DNA of 64,000 nt from an uncultured Ruminococcus sp. GTDB taxonomy: Bacteria; Bacillota; Clostridia; Oscillospirales; CAG-272. The DNA lies in the NCBI GenBank assembly GCA_902778725.1, contig CACYYS010000005.1, positions 2,335-66,334 of the forward strand. The letters are read 5' to 3'. A model generated the notes under the pieces. It searched no databases, had not been told where the DNA came from, and saw only the letters and a list, made by a program, of their open reading frames with translations. The stretch's first letter is position 1; each line of letters opens with the position of its first letter. The position numbers and the translations under genes were made by a program. This document shows, one piece after another, positions 38,102-47,770 of the stretch.

Positions 38102-38125
38102 GCCTCTTTTGCCGTCTCCCCCCGC

Positions 38126-38154
38126 TTGACATCGGGCGAACGGCGTGCTATACT
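38126..38154 (+). promoter_or_regulatory. Sigma-70-type promoter (TTGACA, 17 nt, TATACT)
   Basis: Read directly; precedes a roughly 78-nt structured leader of the LbH-glmM operon. Confidence 0.65.
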
Positions 38155-38238
38155 GAAATGAATATAATCGGAGACGTATGCCGCGCTCCCCTCCCGCATA
38201 GGGATAGGGAGACCGGCCGATCCGGGGAAAGAGACGCC

Positions 38239-38904
38239 ATGATCCCGAAAACAAAAGAACTGTTCGATCTGACAAAGACCGCCGCCGCCCCTCTCCTGGA
38301 GGCGGCCGAATACCCGTGGGAAGCGCTGGCGGGCCTGAAGGATTTTATCCTCGCGCTCGGCGCGTCCCTCTCTGACGCGGAGTACGAAAAACGCGGCGAG
38401 GACGTCTGGGTCTCCCGCTCCGCCTCCGTCGCCCCCACCGCCTTCCTCGGCGGCCCCTGCATCGTGATGGAGGGAGCGGAGGTACGCCACTGCGCCTTTA
38501 TCCGTTCCGCCGCCATCGTCGGACGGGGCGCGGTGCTCGGCAACTCCTGCGAGATGAAAAACGCCGTCCTCTTCGACGGCGCGCAGGTCCCGCACTTCAA
38601 CTACGTCGGGGACTCCTTCCTCGGCTACAAGGCCCACCTCGGCGCCGGCGCCATCACCTCGAACATCAAAAGCGACCGCAAAAACATCGTCGTGCGCGAC
38701 GGGGACGAGCGGATCGAGACGGGACTGCGCAAGATCGGCGCGATGGTCGGGGATCTGGTCGAGGTCGGGTGCAACAGCGTCCTCTGCCCCGGCAGCGTGA
38801 TCGGGCGGAACACCACCGTCTACCCCCTCTGCCGCGTGCGCGGCGTCATCCCGGCAAACAGCATCTGCAAGGGCGACCAGACGGAAGAAAAACGCCCCGA
38901 ATAA
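38239..38904 (+). CDS. Left-handed beta-helix (hexapeptide repeat) transferase resembling the GlmU C-terminal acetyltransferase domain
   Basis: Start ATG 38239 (MIPKTKELF). Hexapeptide repeats through GPCIVMEGAEVRHCAFIRSAAIVGRGAVLGNSCEMKNAVLFDGAQV; immediately upstream of glmM. Confidence 0.7.
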   Translation: MIPKTKELFDLTKTAAAPLLEAAEYPWEALAGLKDFILALGASLSDAEYEKRGEDVWVSRSASVAPTAFLGGPCIVMEGAEVRHCAFIRSAAIVGRGAVLGNSCEMKNAVLFDGAQVPHFNYVGDSFLGYKAHLGAGAITSNIKSDRKNIVVRDGDERIETGLRKIGAMVGDLVEVGCNSVLCPGSVIGRNTTVYPLCRVRGVIPANSICKGDQTEEKRPE

Positions 38905-38934
38905 GAAAGAGAAACGAAAGGACAGAAATACACC

Positions 38935-40293
38935 ATGGGAAGATTGTTCGGAACGGACGGCGTACGCGGGATCGCGAACGAGATGCTCACCTGTGAGCGC
39001 GCGCTTGCGATCGGACGCGCCGCCGCCAACGTCCTGTTCCCCAAAAAAGGGGGAGATACCCGCAAGATCCTGATCGGCAGCGACACCCGCCAGTCCTCCG
39101 CGATGCTCGCCGCGGCCCTTGCGGCGGGGATCTGCTCGGTCGGCGCCGACGTGACGATGCTCAACGTCGTCCCCACGCCGGCGGTCGCCTACCTTGTGCG
39201 CAAGTACGGCGCGGCGGCGGGCGTGATGATCTCCGCCTCGCACAACTCCGCGGAATTCAACGGCATCAAGATCTTCAACGGCGAGGGCTTCAAGCTGGCG
39301 GACGAGCTGGAGGAGCGGATCGAATCGGTCGTCCTCGACAATACCCCGCCCTGCACCCTGGCGGATCCCCTCTCCCTCGGCACCGTGCATTACGCCGATT
39401 GCGCCGTGGACGATTACATCGACTATATCAGGAGCACCACCGACGTCCGCTTTGACGGGCTGCGCGTGGCGATCGACTGCGCGAACGGCTCCGCCTCCGT
39501 CTCGGCGGAAAGGCTCTTTACCGGGCTCGGCGCCGAGTGCCATATGCTCTTCCATACCCCCGACGGGCTCAACATCAACAAAAACTGCGGCTCCACCCAC
39601 ATGGAGAACCTGCGCGAGTACGTCATCTCCCACAAGCTCGACGCCGGCCTCGCCTTCGACGGGGACGCCGACCGCTTCCTCTGTGTGGACGACCACGGCG
39701 AGATCATCGACGGGGACGTCATCATGGCGGTCATGGCGGCGGATATGAAGCGGCGCGGCGTGCTGGCGCACAACACCGTCGTCGGCACGATCATGACCAA
39801 CTTCGGCTTCGGCAAGTTCTGCGAGGAGAACGGGATCGACTTCATCGCCACCAAGGTGGGCGACCGCTACGTGCTCGAGCAGATGCAGCTCGAGGGCTAC
39901 TCCCTCGGCGGCGAGCAGTCCGGGCATATCATCATCCGGGAGTTCGCCACCACCGGCGACGGACAGCTGACCGCCGTCCAGCTCCTCTCCACCCTGATCC
40001 GGACGAAAAAGAAGCTCTCCGAGCTGCAGACGGTCATGAAAAAATATCCGCAGAAGATGGTCAACCTCACCGTGACCCCGGAGGCGAAGATCGCCCTCTT
40101 CACCGACCCGGACGTCAAGGAGATCATCCGCCGCGCGGAGAAGAAGATCGGCTCCTCCGGCCGTCTCGTGATCCGGCCCTCCGGCACCGAGCCGCTGATC
40201 CGCGTCATGGCGGAGGGAGAGAACGAGGACTTCATCGCCTCCGTCACAAGCGAGACGGCGGCGGCGATCCAGAAGCAGCTCTCCCGTTATTGA
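38935..40293 (+). CDS. glmM: Phosphoglucosamine mutase
   Basis: 452 aa; MGRLFGTDGVRG N-terminus, phosphoserine loop SASHNSAEFNGIK. Confidence 0.95.
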   Translation: MGRLFGTDGVRGIANEMLTCERALAIGRAAANVLFPKKGGDTRKILIGSDTRQSSAMLAAALAAGICSVGADVTMLNVVPTPAVAYLVRKYGAAAGVMISASHNSAEFNGIKIFNGEGFKLADELEERIESVVLDNTPPCTLADPLSLGTVHYADCAVDDYIDYIRSTTDVRFDGLRVAIDCANGSASVSAERLFTGLGAECHMLFHTPDGLNINKNCGSTHMENLREYVISHKLDAGLAFDGDADRFLCVDDHGEIIDGDVIMAVMAADMKRRGVLAHNTVVGTIMTNFGFGKFCEENGIDFIATKVGDRYVLEQMQLEGYSLGGEQSGHIIIREFATTGDGQLTAVQLLSTLIRTKKKLSELQTVMKKYPQKMVNLTVTPEAKIALFTDPDVKEIIRRAEKKIGSSGRLVIRPSGTEPLIRVMAEGENEDFIASVTSETAAAIQKQLSRY

Positions 40294-40339
40294 TAAAAAA
40301 ACGCCGCAAGGCTTTTTCAGGGGAAAAACGGCGCCACGC

Positions 40340-40490
40340 GCCGTCAGCGCCAGACCGCCCCGGCGGTTGACGAGGAAGCGGACGATCGAAGATTCGGCGG
40401 ATGTCCGCACGGCACACTCCTGTCGGAGAAAGGCTACAAAGCCCCCGGGCGACCGGAGGACAAAAGGTCTTTCACGGAGAATCCTATCAA
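40340..40490 (+). ncRNA. glmS: glmS ribozyme (GlcN6P-dependent self-cleaving riboswitch)
   Basis: Conserved core strings AGCGCCAGA (from 40346), GUUGACGAGG, AUCGAAGAUUCGGCGGAUG and GGACAAAAGGU, in the canonical order, directly upstream of glmS. Confidence 0.9.
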
Positions 40491-40541
40491 ATAAAGGTAG
40501 GTCCGCGGCGGTATCCCCGCCGGCGCGGGCTTTGGATCTCT

Positions 40542-42377
40542 ATGTGCGGGATCATCGGTTACACCGGCAAAAAGGAAGCGGCCAAGCGCCTGCTCGAAGG
40601 GCTCTCCGCCCTTGAGTACCGCGGCTACGACTCGGCGGGGGTCTCCTTCTTCTCCGATACGGGGAAGCTGATCACCCTCAAGGCAAAGGGGCGCCTCGCC
40701 AACGTGAGCGCCAAGGTCGAGGCCTGCCCGGAGGCAAAGACCGCCTCCTGCGGCATCGGACACACCCGCTGGGCGACGCACGGCGTCCCCTCGGACGAGA
40801 ATTCACACCCCCACGGGACGGCGCTCCTGCAGCTCGTCCACAACGGCATCATCGAGAACTACGCGGAACTGCGCGAGCGGCTCGCGGGCGAGGGACACGT
40901 CTTTTGCTCGGAGACGGACACCGAGGTCGCGGCCGTCCTGCTCTCCTCTCTCTATGAAAAGCTCGGCGACAAGGAAGCGGCCTTCCACGCCGCGATGGAG
41001 GAGCTGATCGGCTCCTACGCCTTCGCCTGCGTCTTCGCCGACGAGCCGGGCACGCTCTACGCCGCGCGCATGGGCAGCCCGCTGATCATCGGCGTCGGCG
41101 AGGGGGAGAACTACGTCGCCTCCGACGTGACCGCCATCCTCCGCCATACCAAAAACTACTATCAGCTCGGCGAGCGCGATCTCGCCGTCGTCCGTCCGGA
41201 CAGCGTCACGGTGAAGAACAGCCGGGGCGAGGAGGTGCATCCCCCGCTCGAAACGGCGACCTGGGACGTCGAGGCGGCGGAAAAGGGCGGATATCCGCAC
41301 TTTATGATCAAGGAGATCCACGAGGAGGCAAAGACCCTGCGCGCCACCCTCTCCCCGCGGATCAAAAACGGCCTGCCGGACTTCTCGGGCGAGGGCTTCG
41401 ACGTCTCCGTCTTCCGGCAGATCCGGGAAATCCATATCGTCGCCTGCGGGACCGCGATGTTCGCGGGCTGCGCCGGCAAATGCAAGCTGGAGGAATACGC
41501 GAAGCTCCGGGCGGAGACCGAGGTCGCCTCGGAATTCCGCTACGCGGAGCCGCTGGTCGGAGAAGGGGATCTCGTGATCGTCGTCTCCCAGTCCGGCGAG
41601 ACGGCGGACACCCTCGCCGCCCTGCGGCTCGCCAAGGCGCGGGGCGCCGTGACCCTCGGCGTCGTCAACGTGATCGGCTCCTCGATCGCGCGGGAGGCGG
41701 ACCACGTCCTCTATACCTGGGCGGGACCGGAGATCTCGGTCTGCTCCACCAAGGCCTACACCGTGCAGGCGGCGCTGATGACGCTGCTCGCCGTCGCCGC
41801 CGGGCTGGCGCGCGGCACCCTCCCCGAGGAGCGGGCGAGGGAGATCGTCTCCCTGCTTGAAAACGACCTGCCCGCGCAGATCGAAGAAGTCATCGCGGGC
41901 TCCGACGGGATCCGCGAAGCGTCGCACTCTCTGCTCGACACGAAGAGCATGTTCTTCATCGGGCGGGGCGCCGACCGCTTCCTTGCGATGGAGGGGTCGC
42001 TGAAGCTGAAGGAAATCACCTACACGCACAGCGAGGCGTACGCCGCCGGAGAGCTCAAGCACGGCACCATCAGCCTGATCGAGCCGGGAACGCCGGTCGT
42101 CGCCTGCTGCACCGTCCCCGCGATGTTTGAAAAGATGCTCTCCAACATCCGCGAGGTCAAGGCCCGCGGGGCGCGGATCCTCGCGCTCTGCCCCGCCTCG
42201 GCGGAGGACATCCGCCGGGAGGCGGACTTCGTCCTGCCGGTGCCGACGGACGATCCCGCCGTTTCCACGATCGCGGGCGCTACCTCCCTCCAGCTCCTCG
42301 CCTACTTCCTCGCGGCGGAGCGCGAGCTGGACGTCGACAAGCCCCGCAACCTCGCCAAGAGCGTCACCGTCGAGTGA
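40542..42377 (+). CDS. glmS: Glutamine--fructose-6-phosphate aminotransferase
   Basis: True start MCGIIGY at 40542 (the ORF track extends upstream through the ribozyme); two SIS domains; C-terminal KSVTVE. Confidence 0.96.
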   Translation: MCGIIGYTGKKEAAKRLLEGLSALEYRGYDSAGVSFFSDTGKLITLKAKGRLANVSAKVEACPEAKTASCGIGHTRWATHGVPSDENSHPHGTALLQLVHNGIIENYAELRERLAGEGHVFCSETDTEVAAVLLSSLYEKLGDKEAAFHAAMEELIGSYAFACVFADEPGTLYAARMGSPLIIGVGEGENYVASDVTAILRHTKNYYQLGERDLAVVRPDSVTVKNSRGEEVHPPLETATWDVEAAEKGGYPHFMIKEIHEEAKTLRATLSPRIKNGLPDFSGEGFDVSVFRQIREIHIVACGTAMFAGCAGKCKLEEYAKLRAETEVASEFRYAEPLVGEGDLVIVVSQSGETADTLAALRLAKARGAVTLGVVNVIGSSIAREADHVLYTWAGPEISVCSTKAYTVQAALMTLLAVAAGLARGTLPEERAREIVSLLENDLPAQIEEVIAGSDGIREASHSLLDTKSMFFIGRGADRFLAMEGSLKLKEITYTHSEAYAAGELKHGTISLIEPGTPVVACCTVPAMFEKMLSNIREVKARGARILALCPASAEDIRREADFVLPVPTDDPAVSTIAGATSLQLLAYFLAAERELDVDKPRNLAKSVTVE

Positions 42378-42420
42378 TCCGGAAAGCCCGAAAAACCTTC
42401 TCCTTTTTTGAGGGAAGGTC

Positions 42421-42449
42421 TTGCAATCCGGAAAAAACTTTGCTATAAT
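42421..42449 (+). promoter_or_regulatory. Sigma-70-type promoter (TTGCAA, 17 nt, TATAAT)
   Basis: Read directly, 78 nt upstream of the FKBP lipoprotein gene. Confidence 0.65.
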
Positions 42450-42527
42450 CTTAAATTGTGTATTTGTGCTTTTGCCTTTTCCGGCAAAAGACGAAAATAT
42501 TATCTTTAGGTTAAGGAAGTTGTTTCA

Positions 42528-43916
42528 ATGAAAAAGAGAACACGTTTCGCATTTTTGGCGGCGGTCCTTCTTTCCGCCCTGCTTCTCTCCTCCTGCGGAA
42601 GCTTCAACTATAAAACGGAGGATCTGTCCCGCTACGTCACCCTCGGCGAGTACAAAAATCTCGCGCTTGAAGTGAAGATGCCCGAGAAGGTCGACGACGA
42701 GGCGATCGAAAAAGCCCTGGAGACCTCCCTCACCGACCACGCGACGACCACGGCCGCGGCGGACGACTACGCCGCCAAGGACGGCGACACCGTCAACATC
42801 GACTACGTCGGCAAGGTGGACGACAAGGAGTTCGACGGCGGCAGCGCCGAAGGACAGGACCTCGTCCTCGGCTCCGGCAGCTATATCGACGGCTTTGAGT
42901 CCGGCCTCGTCGGCAAAAAGAAGGGCGACAAGGTCACCCTCGACCTCAAGTTCCCGGATCCCTACCAGAACAATCCCGCGCTCGCGGGCAAGGCGGTCGT
43001 CTTTGACGTGACCGTCAACAGCGTTTCCGTCCCCGCCTACGAATACGACGCCGAGCTCGCCGAGGGCGAGGAGACCAAGGACGGCGACGTCCTGACCGTG
43101 GACTTCAACGCGACCGCGGACGGCAAGGAGTTCGAGGGCTCCAAGGGCGAGAGCGTCTCCTTCACGCTCGGCTCCTCCGCCTCCTCCTCCCTCCCCGCCG
43201 CCGTGCGGGAGAAGCTCTCCGGCGTGAAGGTCGGCTCCGAGCAGAAGATCACCGTGACCCTGCCCGAGGACTTCTCCGCCTCTGACGTCGCCGGCAAGAG
43301 CGCCGAATACACCGTCACCGTCAAAAAGGCGATCCGCGTGACCGTCACCGAGGAGATCACCGACGCGCTGATCGCCGCCGTGACGGAACAGAAGACCGTC
43401 GCGGAAGCGAAGGAATCGCTCAAAAAGACGCTGCAGGAAGCGTACGACACCAACGCCGCCAAGGCGAAATACTCCACCCTCTGGAAAGCGATCCTCGACA
43501 AGGCGGAGGTGAAGGAATATCCCTCCTCCGCGCTCAAGGACGCCGTGCAGAAGAATTACGATTATTACGACAGCGTCGCCGGCCTCTACTACAAGCTCTC
43601 GCTCCGCGAGTACGTGAAGCAGCAGGGCTACTCCGGCCTCTCCGACTTCAAGGAGAAGGTCTGCGTCCCCGCCGCCGAGGAAGCGATCAAGGAAAAGCTC
43701 GTCTTCTACTCCCTTCTCAAAGAAGAGAAATGGGAAGCCTCCGACGACGAACTGAAGGCAAGGATCGAGGAGCTCTACGAGGATCAGTCCAAGGAGAGCT
43801 ATCCCGAGCTCGCGGATTTTGAGGCGGTCATCGACCGCGACGCCGTCCGCGACACCCTCCTCTGGGAAAAGGGGATGGAGTCCCTCCTCGCCACCGCTTC
43901 CGTCACCGAAAAATAA
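42528..43916 (+). CDS. Lipoprotein with trigger-factor-like FKBP-type PPIase domain(s) and trigger-factor-C-like helical tail
   Basis: 462 aa; lipobox LLSSC. GDTVNIDYVGKVDDKEFDGGSAEGQDLVLGSGSYIDGFESGLVGKKKGDKV matches the trigger factor PPIase block. A second, degenerate copy begins at GDVLTVDFNATADGKEFEG. Confidence 0.8.
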   Translation: MKKRTRFAFLAAVLLSALLLSSCGSFNYKTEDLSRYVTLGEYKNLALEVKMPEKVDDEAIEKALETSLTDHATTTAAADDYAAKDGDTVNIDYVGKVDDKEFDGGSAEGQDLVLGSGSYIDGFESGLVGKKKGDKVTLDLKFPDPYQNNPALAGKAVVFDVTVNSVSVPAYEYDAELAEGEETKDGDVLTVDFNATADGKEFEGSKGESVSFTLGSSASSSLPAAVREKLSGVKVGSEQKITVTLPEDFSASDVAGKSAEYTVTVKKAIRVTVTEEITDALIAAVTEQKTVAEAKESLKKTLQEAYDTNAAKAKYSTLWKAILDKAEVKEYPSSALKDAVQKNYDYYDSVAGLYYKLSLREYVKQQGYSGLSDFKEKVCVPAAEEAIKEKLVFYSLLKEEKWEASDDELKARIEELYEDQSKESYPELADFEAVIDRDAVRDTLLWEKGMESLLATASVTEK

Positions 43917-43932
43917 GCGTTCCGGAAAGACA

Positions 43933-43965
43933 ACAAGGACGTGCGCTTTGCCCGTCCTTGTTTTA
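43933..43965 (+). terminator. Rho-independent terminator
   Basis: acaaggacg / cgtccttgt stem followed by tttt. Confidence 0.65.
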
Positions 43966-44032
43966 CTTGAAGCATTCGACAAAATAACAAAAAAACCGCC
44001 AAAAAACCGCCTTGAACACGGGAGAAAGAATC

Positions 44033-46255
44033 ATGATCCAGCTTGTGAACGGTCCGGTCTATCTGCGGGACGGCCGTCCTCTCACGGACGCCGAAGCCGC
44101 CGCCCTCGCCCCGATCGAACGGGAAAACGCAAAAAAGGGGACGATCGCCTGGTCGATCCTCAACGCCCATAATCTTTCCGGCTCGGACAAGCATCTTTCG
44201 ATCCGGTTCGACGCGATGGCGTCCCACGACATCACCTACGTCGGCATCATCCAGACCGCGCGGGCGAGCGGGCTGGACGCCTTCCCCCTCCCCTACGTCC
44301 TCACCAACTGCCACAACAGCCTCTGCGCCGTCGGCGGTACGATCAACGAGGACGACCATCTCTTCGGCCTCTCCGCCGCAAAGAAATACGGCGGCATCTA
44401 CGTCCCCGCCCATCAGGCGGTCATCCACTCCTATATGCGGGAGGAGATGAGCGGCTGCGGGCGGATGATCCTCGGCTCGGACAGCCACACCCGTTACGGC
44501 GCGCTCGGCACGATGGCGATCGGCGAGGGGGGACCCGAGCTTGTCAAGCAGCTCCTCTCCCGCACCTACGACATCGACTACCCCGACGTCGTCGCCGTCC
44601 GCCTGACGGGCAAGCCCCGCGCGGGCGTCGGCCCGCAGGACGTGGCGATCGCCCTGATCGGCGCGGTCTACGCCTCCGGCTTTGTCAAAAACGCCGTCCT
44701 GGAATTCATCGGCGACGGGATCGCCTCCCTCTCCGCCGACTACCGCTGCGGCATCGACGTCATGACCACCGATACCGCCTGCCTCTCCTCGATCTGGGAG
44801 ACGGACGACACGGTCCGCGCCTATTTTGAGACGCACAAGCGCCCCGACGCCTACCAAAAGCTCTCCCCCGCCTCCCTCGCCTGCTACGACCGGATGGTGG
44901 AGATCGATCTCTCCTCGGTCGAGCCGATGATCGCGCTCCCCTTCCATCCGAGCTGCGCCTACACGATCCGCGAGCTCCGGGAAAACCCCGGCGACATCCT
45001 CCGCGAGGCGGAGAAGCGCGCCGTCTCCCAGCTCGGGCTGCCCGAGGGCCGCTTCACCCTCACCGACAAGATCACCCCCCGCGGCGTCCTTGCCGAGCAG
45101 GGCGTGATTGCGGGCTGCGCCGGCGGCACCTTTGAGAACGTCTGCGCCGCCGCCGATCTGCTCCGCGCGCACACCGTCGGCAACGGTCCCTTTGCCCTCT
45201 CCGTCTACCCCGCGAGCCAGCCGGTCATGACCGAGCTTGCCGCAAACGGCGTGATGGCGGATCTCCTGCGGGCGGGCGCCACCGTCCGGAGCGCCTTCTG
45301 CGGTCCCTGCTTCGGCGCCGGCGACGTACCGGCGAACAACTGCCTCAGCGTCCGCCACACCACCCGCAACTTCCCGAACCGCGAGGGCTCCAAGCCCGGG
45401 CAGGGGCAGATCGCCTCGGTCGCCCTGATGGACGCGCGCTCGATCGCCGCCACCGCGGCAAACGGCGGGATCATCACCGCCGCGACCGACCTCGATCCCG
45501 AATTCACCGCCTACTCCTACCGCTATGACGACAGCGCCTACCGCGCCCGCGTCTACAACGGCTGGAAAAAGCCGCAGCCGGACGCGCCGCTGCGCTACGG
45601 GCCGAACATTAAGGACTGGCCCGCCTTTGAGACGCCGGAAGACGCGCTGCTGCTCGAGATCGTCTCGGTGATCCGCGACCCCGTCACCACCACCGACGAG
45701 CTGATCCCCTCCGGCGAGACCTCCTCCTACCGCTCCAATCCGATGAAGCTGGCGGAGTTTGCCCTCTCCCGCAAGGATCCCGCCTACGTCGGGCGGGCGA
45801 AGGCGGCGTCCGCCTCCCATCTCACGGAAAAGCAGCGCGCGCTCCTCGCCTCCCTCCCCGACGGGGACAAGCCCTACTCCTTCGGCTCCGCGATCTTCGC
45901 GCACAACCCGGGAGACGGCTCAGCCCGCGAGCAGGCCGCCTCCTGCCAGAAGGTACTGGGCGGCTACGCCAACGTCGCGGACGAATACGCGACCAAGCGC
46001 TACCGCTCCAACCTGATCAACTGGGGAATGCTCCCGCTGCTGCGCCGCTCGGACTTCTCCCTCTCGGTCGGGGACTTTCTCTGGCTGCCCGCTCTGCGCG
46101 CGGCGCTCGCCTGCGGCGACGGGGAGTTCGACGCCTGGCTCCTCGCGGGGGACACGGCGCAAAAGATCCGTCTCTCCCTCGGCAAGCTCACGCCGGACGA
46201 GCAGGAGATCCTCTCCGCCGGCTGTTTGATGAACTACTGGAAAAATAAAAAATAA
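44033..46255 (+). CDS. Aconitase-family hydratase (putative aconitate hydratase)
   Basis: Start ATG 44033 with gggagaaag RBS. GSDSHT, GCAGGT and CGPCFG Fe-S ligand blocks; swivel-domain GDGSAREQAA. Confidence 0.8.
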   Translation: MIQLVNGPVYLRDGRPLTDAEAAALAPIERENAKKGTIAWSILNAHNLSGSDKHLSIRFDAMASHDITYVGIIQTARASGLDAFPLPYVLTNCHNSLCAVGGTINEDDHLFGLSAAKKYGGIYVPAHQAVIHSYMREEMSGCGRMILGSDSHTRYGALGTMAIGEGGPELVKQLLSRTYDIDYPDVVAVRLTGKPRAGVGPQDVAIALIGAVYASGFVKNAVLEFIGDGIASLSADYRCGIDVMTTDTACLSSIWETDDTVRAYFETHKRPDAYQKLSPASLACYDRMVEIDLSSVEPMIALPFHPSCAYTIRELRENPGDILREAEKRAVSQLGLPEGRFTLTDKITPRGVLAEQGVIAGCAGGTFENVCAAADLLRAHTVGNGPFALSVYPASQPVMTELAANGVMADLLRAGATVRSAFCGPCFGAGDVPANNCLSVRHTTRNFPNREGSKPGQGQIASVALMDARSIAATAANGGIITAATDLDPEFTAYSYRYDDSAYRARVYNGWKKPQPDAPLRYGPNIKDWPAFETPEDALLLEIVSVIRDPVTTTDELIPSGETSSYRSNPMKLAEFALSRKDPAYVGRAKAASASHLTEKQRALLASLPDGDKPYSFGSAIFAHNPGDGSAREQAASCQKVLGGYANVADEYATKRYRSNLINWGMLPLLRRSDFSLSVGDFLWLPALRAALACGDGEFDAWLLAGDTAQKIRLSLGKLTPDEQEILSAGCLMNYWKNKK

Positions 46256-46267
46256 CGGAGATAGATT

Positions 46268-47758
46268 ATGGGAAACAGGATCGGCTTTGACAACCAAAAA
46301 TACCTGCAGCTGCAATCGGAACACATCAAGGAGCGCATCTCCCAGTTCGGCGGCAAGCTCTACCTTGAGCTCGGCGGCAAGCTCTTTGACGACTACCACG
46401 CCTCCCGCGTGCTCCCGGGCTTTGAGCCGGACAGCAAGATCAAGATGCTGACCCAGCTCGCCGACCGGGCGGAGGTCGTCATCGTCATCAACGCCGCGGA
46501 CATCGAAAAGAACAAGGCCCGCTCCGACCTCGGCATCACCTACGAGGCGGACGTCCTCCGCCTGATCGACGCCTTCCGCGCCCGCAACCTCCACGTCGGC
46601 AACGTCGTCATCACCCAGTACGCCGGCCAGTACGCCGCGGACGTCTTCCGCCGCCGGCTGATCGACATGGGCCTCAGGGTCGCGATCCACTACCCCATCT
46701 CCGGCTATCCCTCCAATCTCTCGCTGATCGTCAGCGACGACGGCTACGGCAAAAACGACTACATCGAGACGGAGCGGCCGCTCGTGATCGTCACGGCGCC
46801 CGGCCCCGGCAGCGGGAAGATGGCGACCTGCCTCTCCCAGCTCTATCACGAGTATAAGCGCGGCGTGAGCGCCGGCTACGCGAAGTTCGAGACCTTCCCG
46901 ATCTGGAACCTCCCCCTGAAGCACCCCGTCAACCTCGCCTACGAGGCGGCGACCGCCGACCTCAAGGACGTCAACACCATCGACCCCTTCCACCTCGAGG
47001 CGTACGGCAAGACCGCCGTCAACTATAACCGCGACGTGGAGGCGTTCCCCCTCCTGCAGAACATCCTCGAAAAGATCACCGGCAAATGCCCCTACAAATC
47101 GCCTACCGATATGGGCGTGAACATGGCGGGCTTCTGCATCACCGACGACAGCGCCGTCTGCGACGCCGCGCGCGAGGAGATCATCCGCCGCTACTACGCC
47201 GCCAAGTGCGACCGGGTCCTCTGCAAGGTGGACGACGAGACCGTCTACCGCTGCGAGATGGTCATGAGCCAGGCGGGCATCACCTCCGCTTACCGCCGGG
47301 TCGTCGCCCCCGCCGTGGAGACGGCGGCGGAGACCGGCAAGCCCGCCGTCTGCATCCAGATGCCGGACGGCAAGCTGATCACCGGCAAGACCTCAAACCT
47401 CCTCGGCTCCTCCTCCGCGGCGCTGCTCAACGCGATCAAGTACATCGCCGGGATCGACGACTCGGTCAAGCTCCTCTCCGCCGAGGTCATCGAACCGGTC
47501 CAGCGCCTCAAGACCGAGTTCCTCGGCAACCACAACCCGCGCCTCCATACAGACGAAACGCTGATCGCCCTCTCCGTCTGCGCCGCCTCCGACGAAACGG
47601 CGAAAAAAGCCCTCGCCGCCCTGCCGAAGATGCGCGGCCTCGAGCTGCATTCCTCGGTCGTCCTCCCCGCGGTGGACGCCTCCACCTTCAAAAAGATCGG
47701 CCTCAACTGCACCTGCGAGCCGGTCTACGAAACAAAAAAGCTCTACCGAGCCAAATAA
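46268..47758 (+). CDS. DUF1846 (UPF0371) family protein
   Basis: 496 aa; N-terminus GFDNQKYLQLQSEHIKERISQFGGKLYLELGGKLFDDYHASRVLPGF is characteristic of this family (recalled). Confidence 0.75.
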   Translation: MGNRIGFDNQKYLQLQSEHIKERISQFGGKLYLELGGKLFDDYHASRVLPGFEPDSKIKMLTQLADRAEVVIVINAADIEKNKARSDLGITYEADVLRLIDAFRARNLHVGNVVITQYAGQYAADVFRRRLIDMGLRVAIHYPISGYPSNLSLIVSDDGYGKNDYIETERPLVIVTAPGPGSGKMATCLSQLYHEYKRGVSAGYAKFETFPIWNLPLKHPVNLAYEAATADLKDVNTIDPFHLEAYGKTAVNYNRDVEAFPLLQNILEKITGKCPYKSPTDMGVNMAGFCITDDSAVCDAAREEIIRRYYAAKCDRVLCKVDDETVYRCEMVMSQAGITSAYRRVVAPAVETAAETGKPAVCIQMPDGKLITGKTSNLLGSSSAALLNAIKYIAGIDDSVKLLSAEVIEPVQRLKTEFLGNHNPRLHTDETLIALSVCAASDETAKKALAALPKMRGLELHSSVVLPAVDASTFKKIGLNCTCEPVYETKKLYRAK

Positions 47759-47770
47759 GGAAGCAAAGCC

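Noticed and set aside
35459-40410. Minus-strand ORFs of 702 aa (35459..37567), 247 aa (37389..38132) and 790 aa (38038..40410)
   Set aside because: They are antisense to the CNNM, YgjV, LbH and glmM genes. They have low-complexity Gly/Arg/Asp composition and no RBS or start context.
40401-40541. N-terminal extension of glmS in the ORF track (658 aa)
   Set aside because: The extension covers the glmS ribozyme. Canonical GlmS must begin with Met-Cys (MCGIIGY) at 40542.
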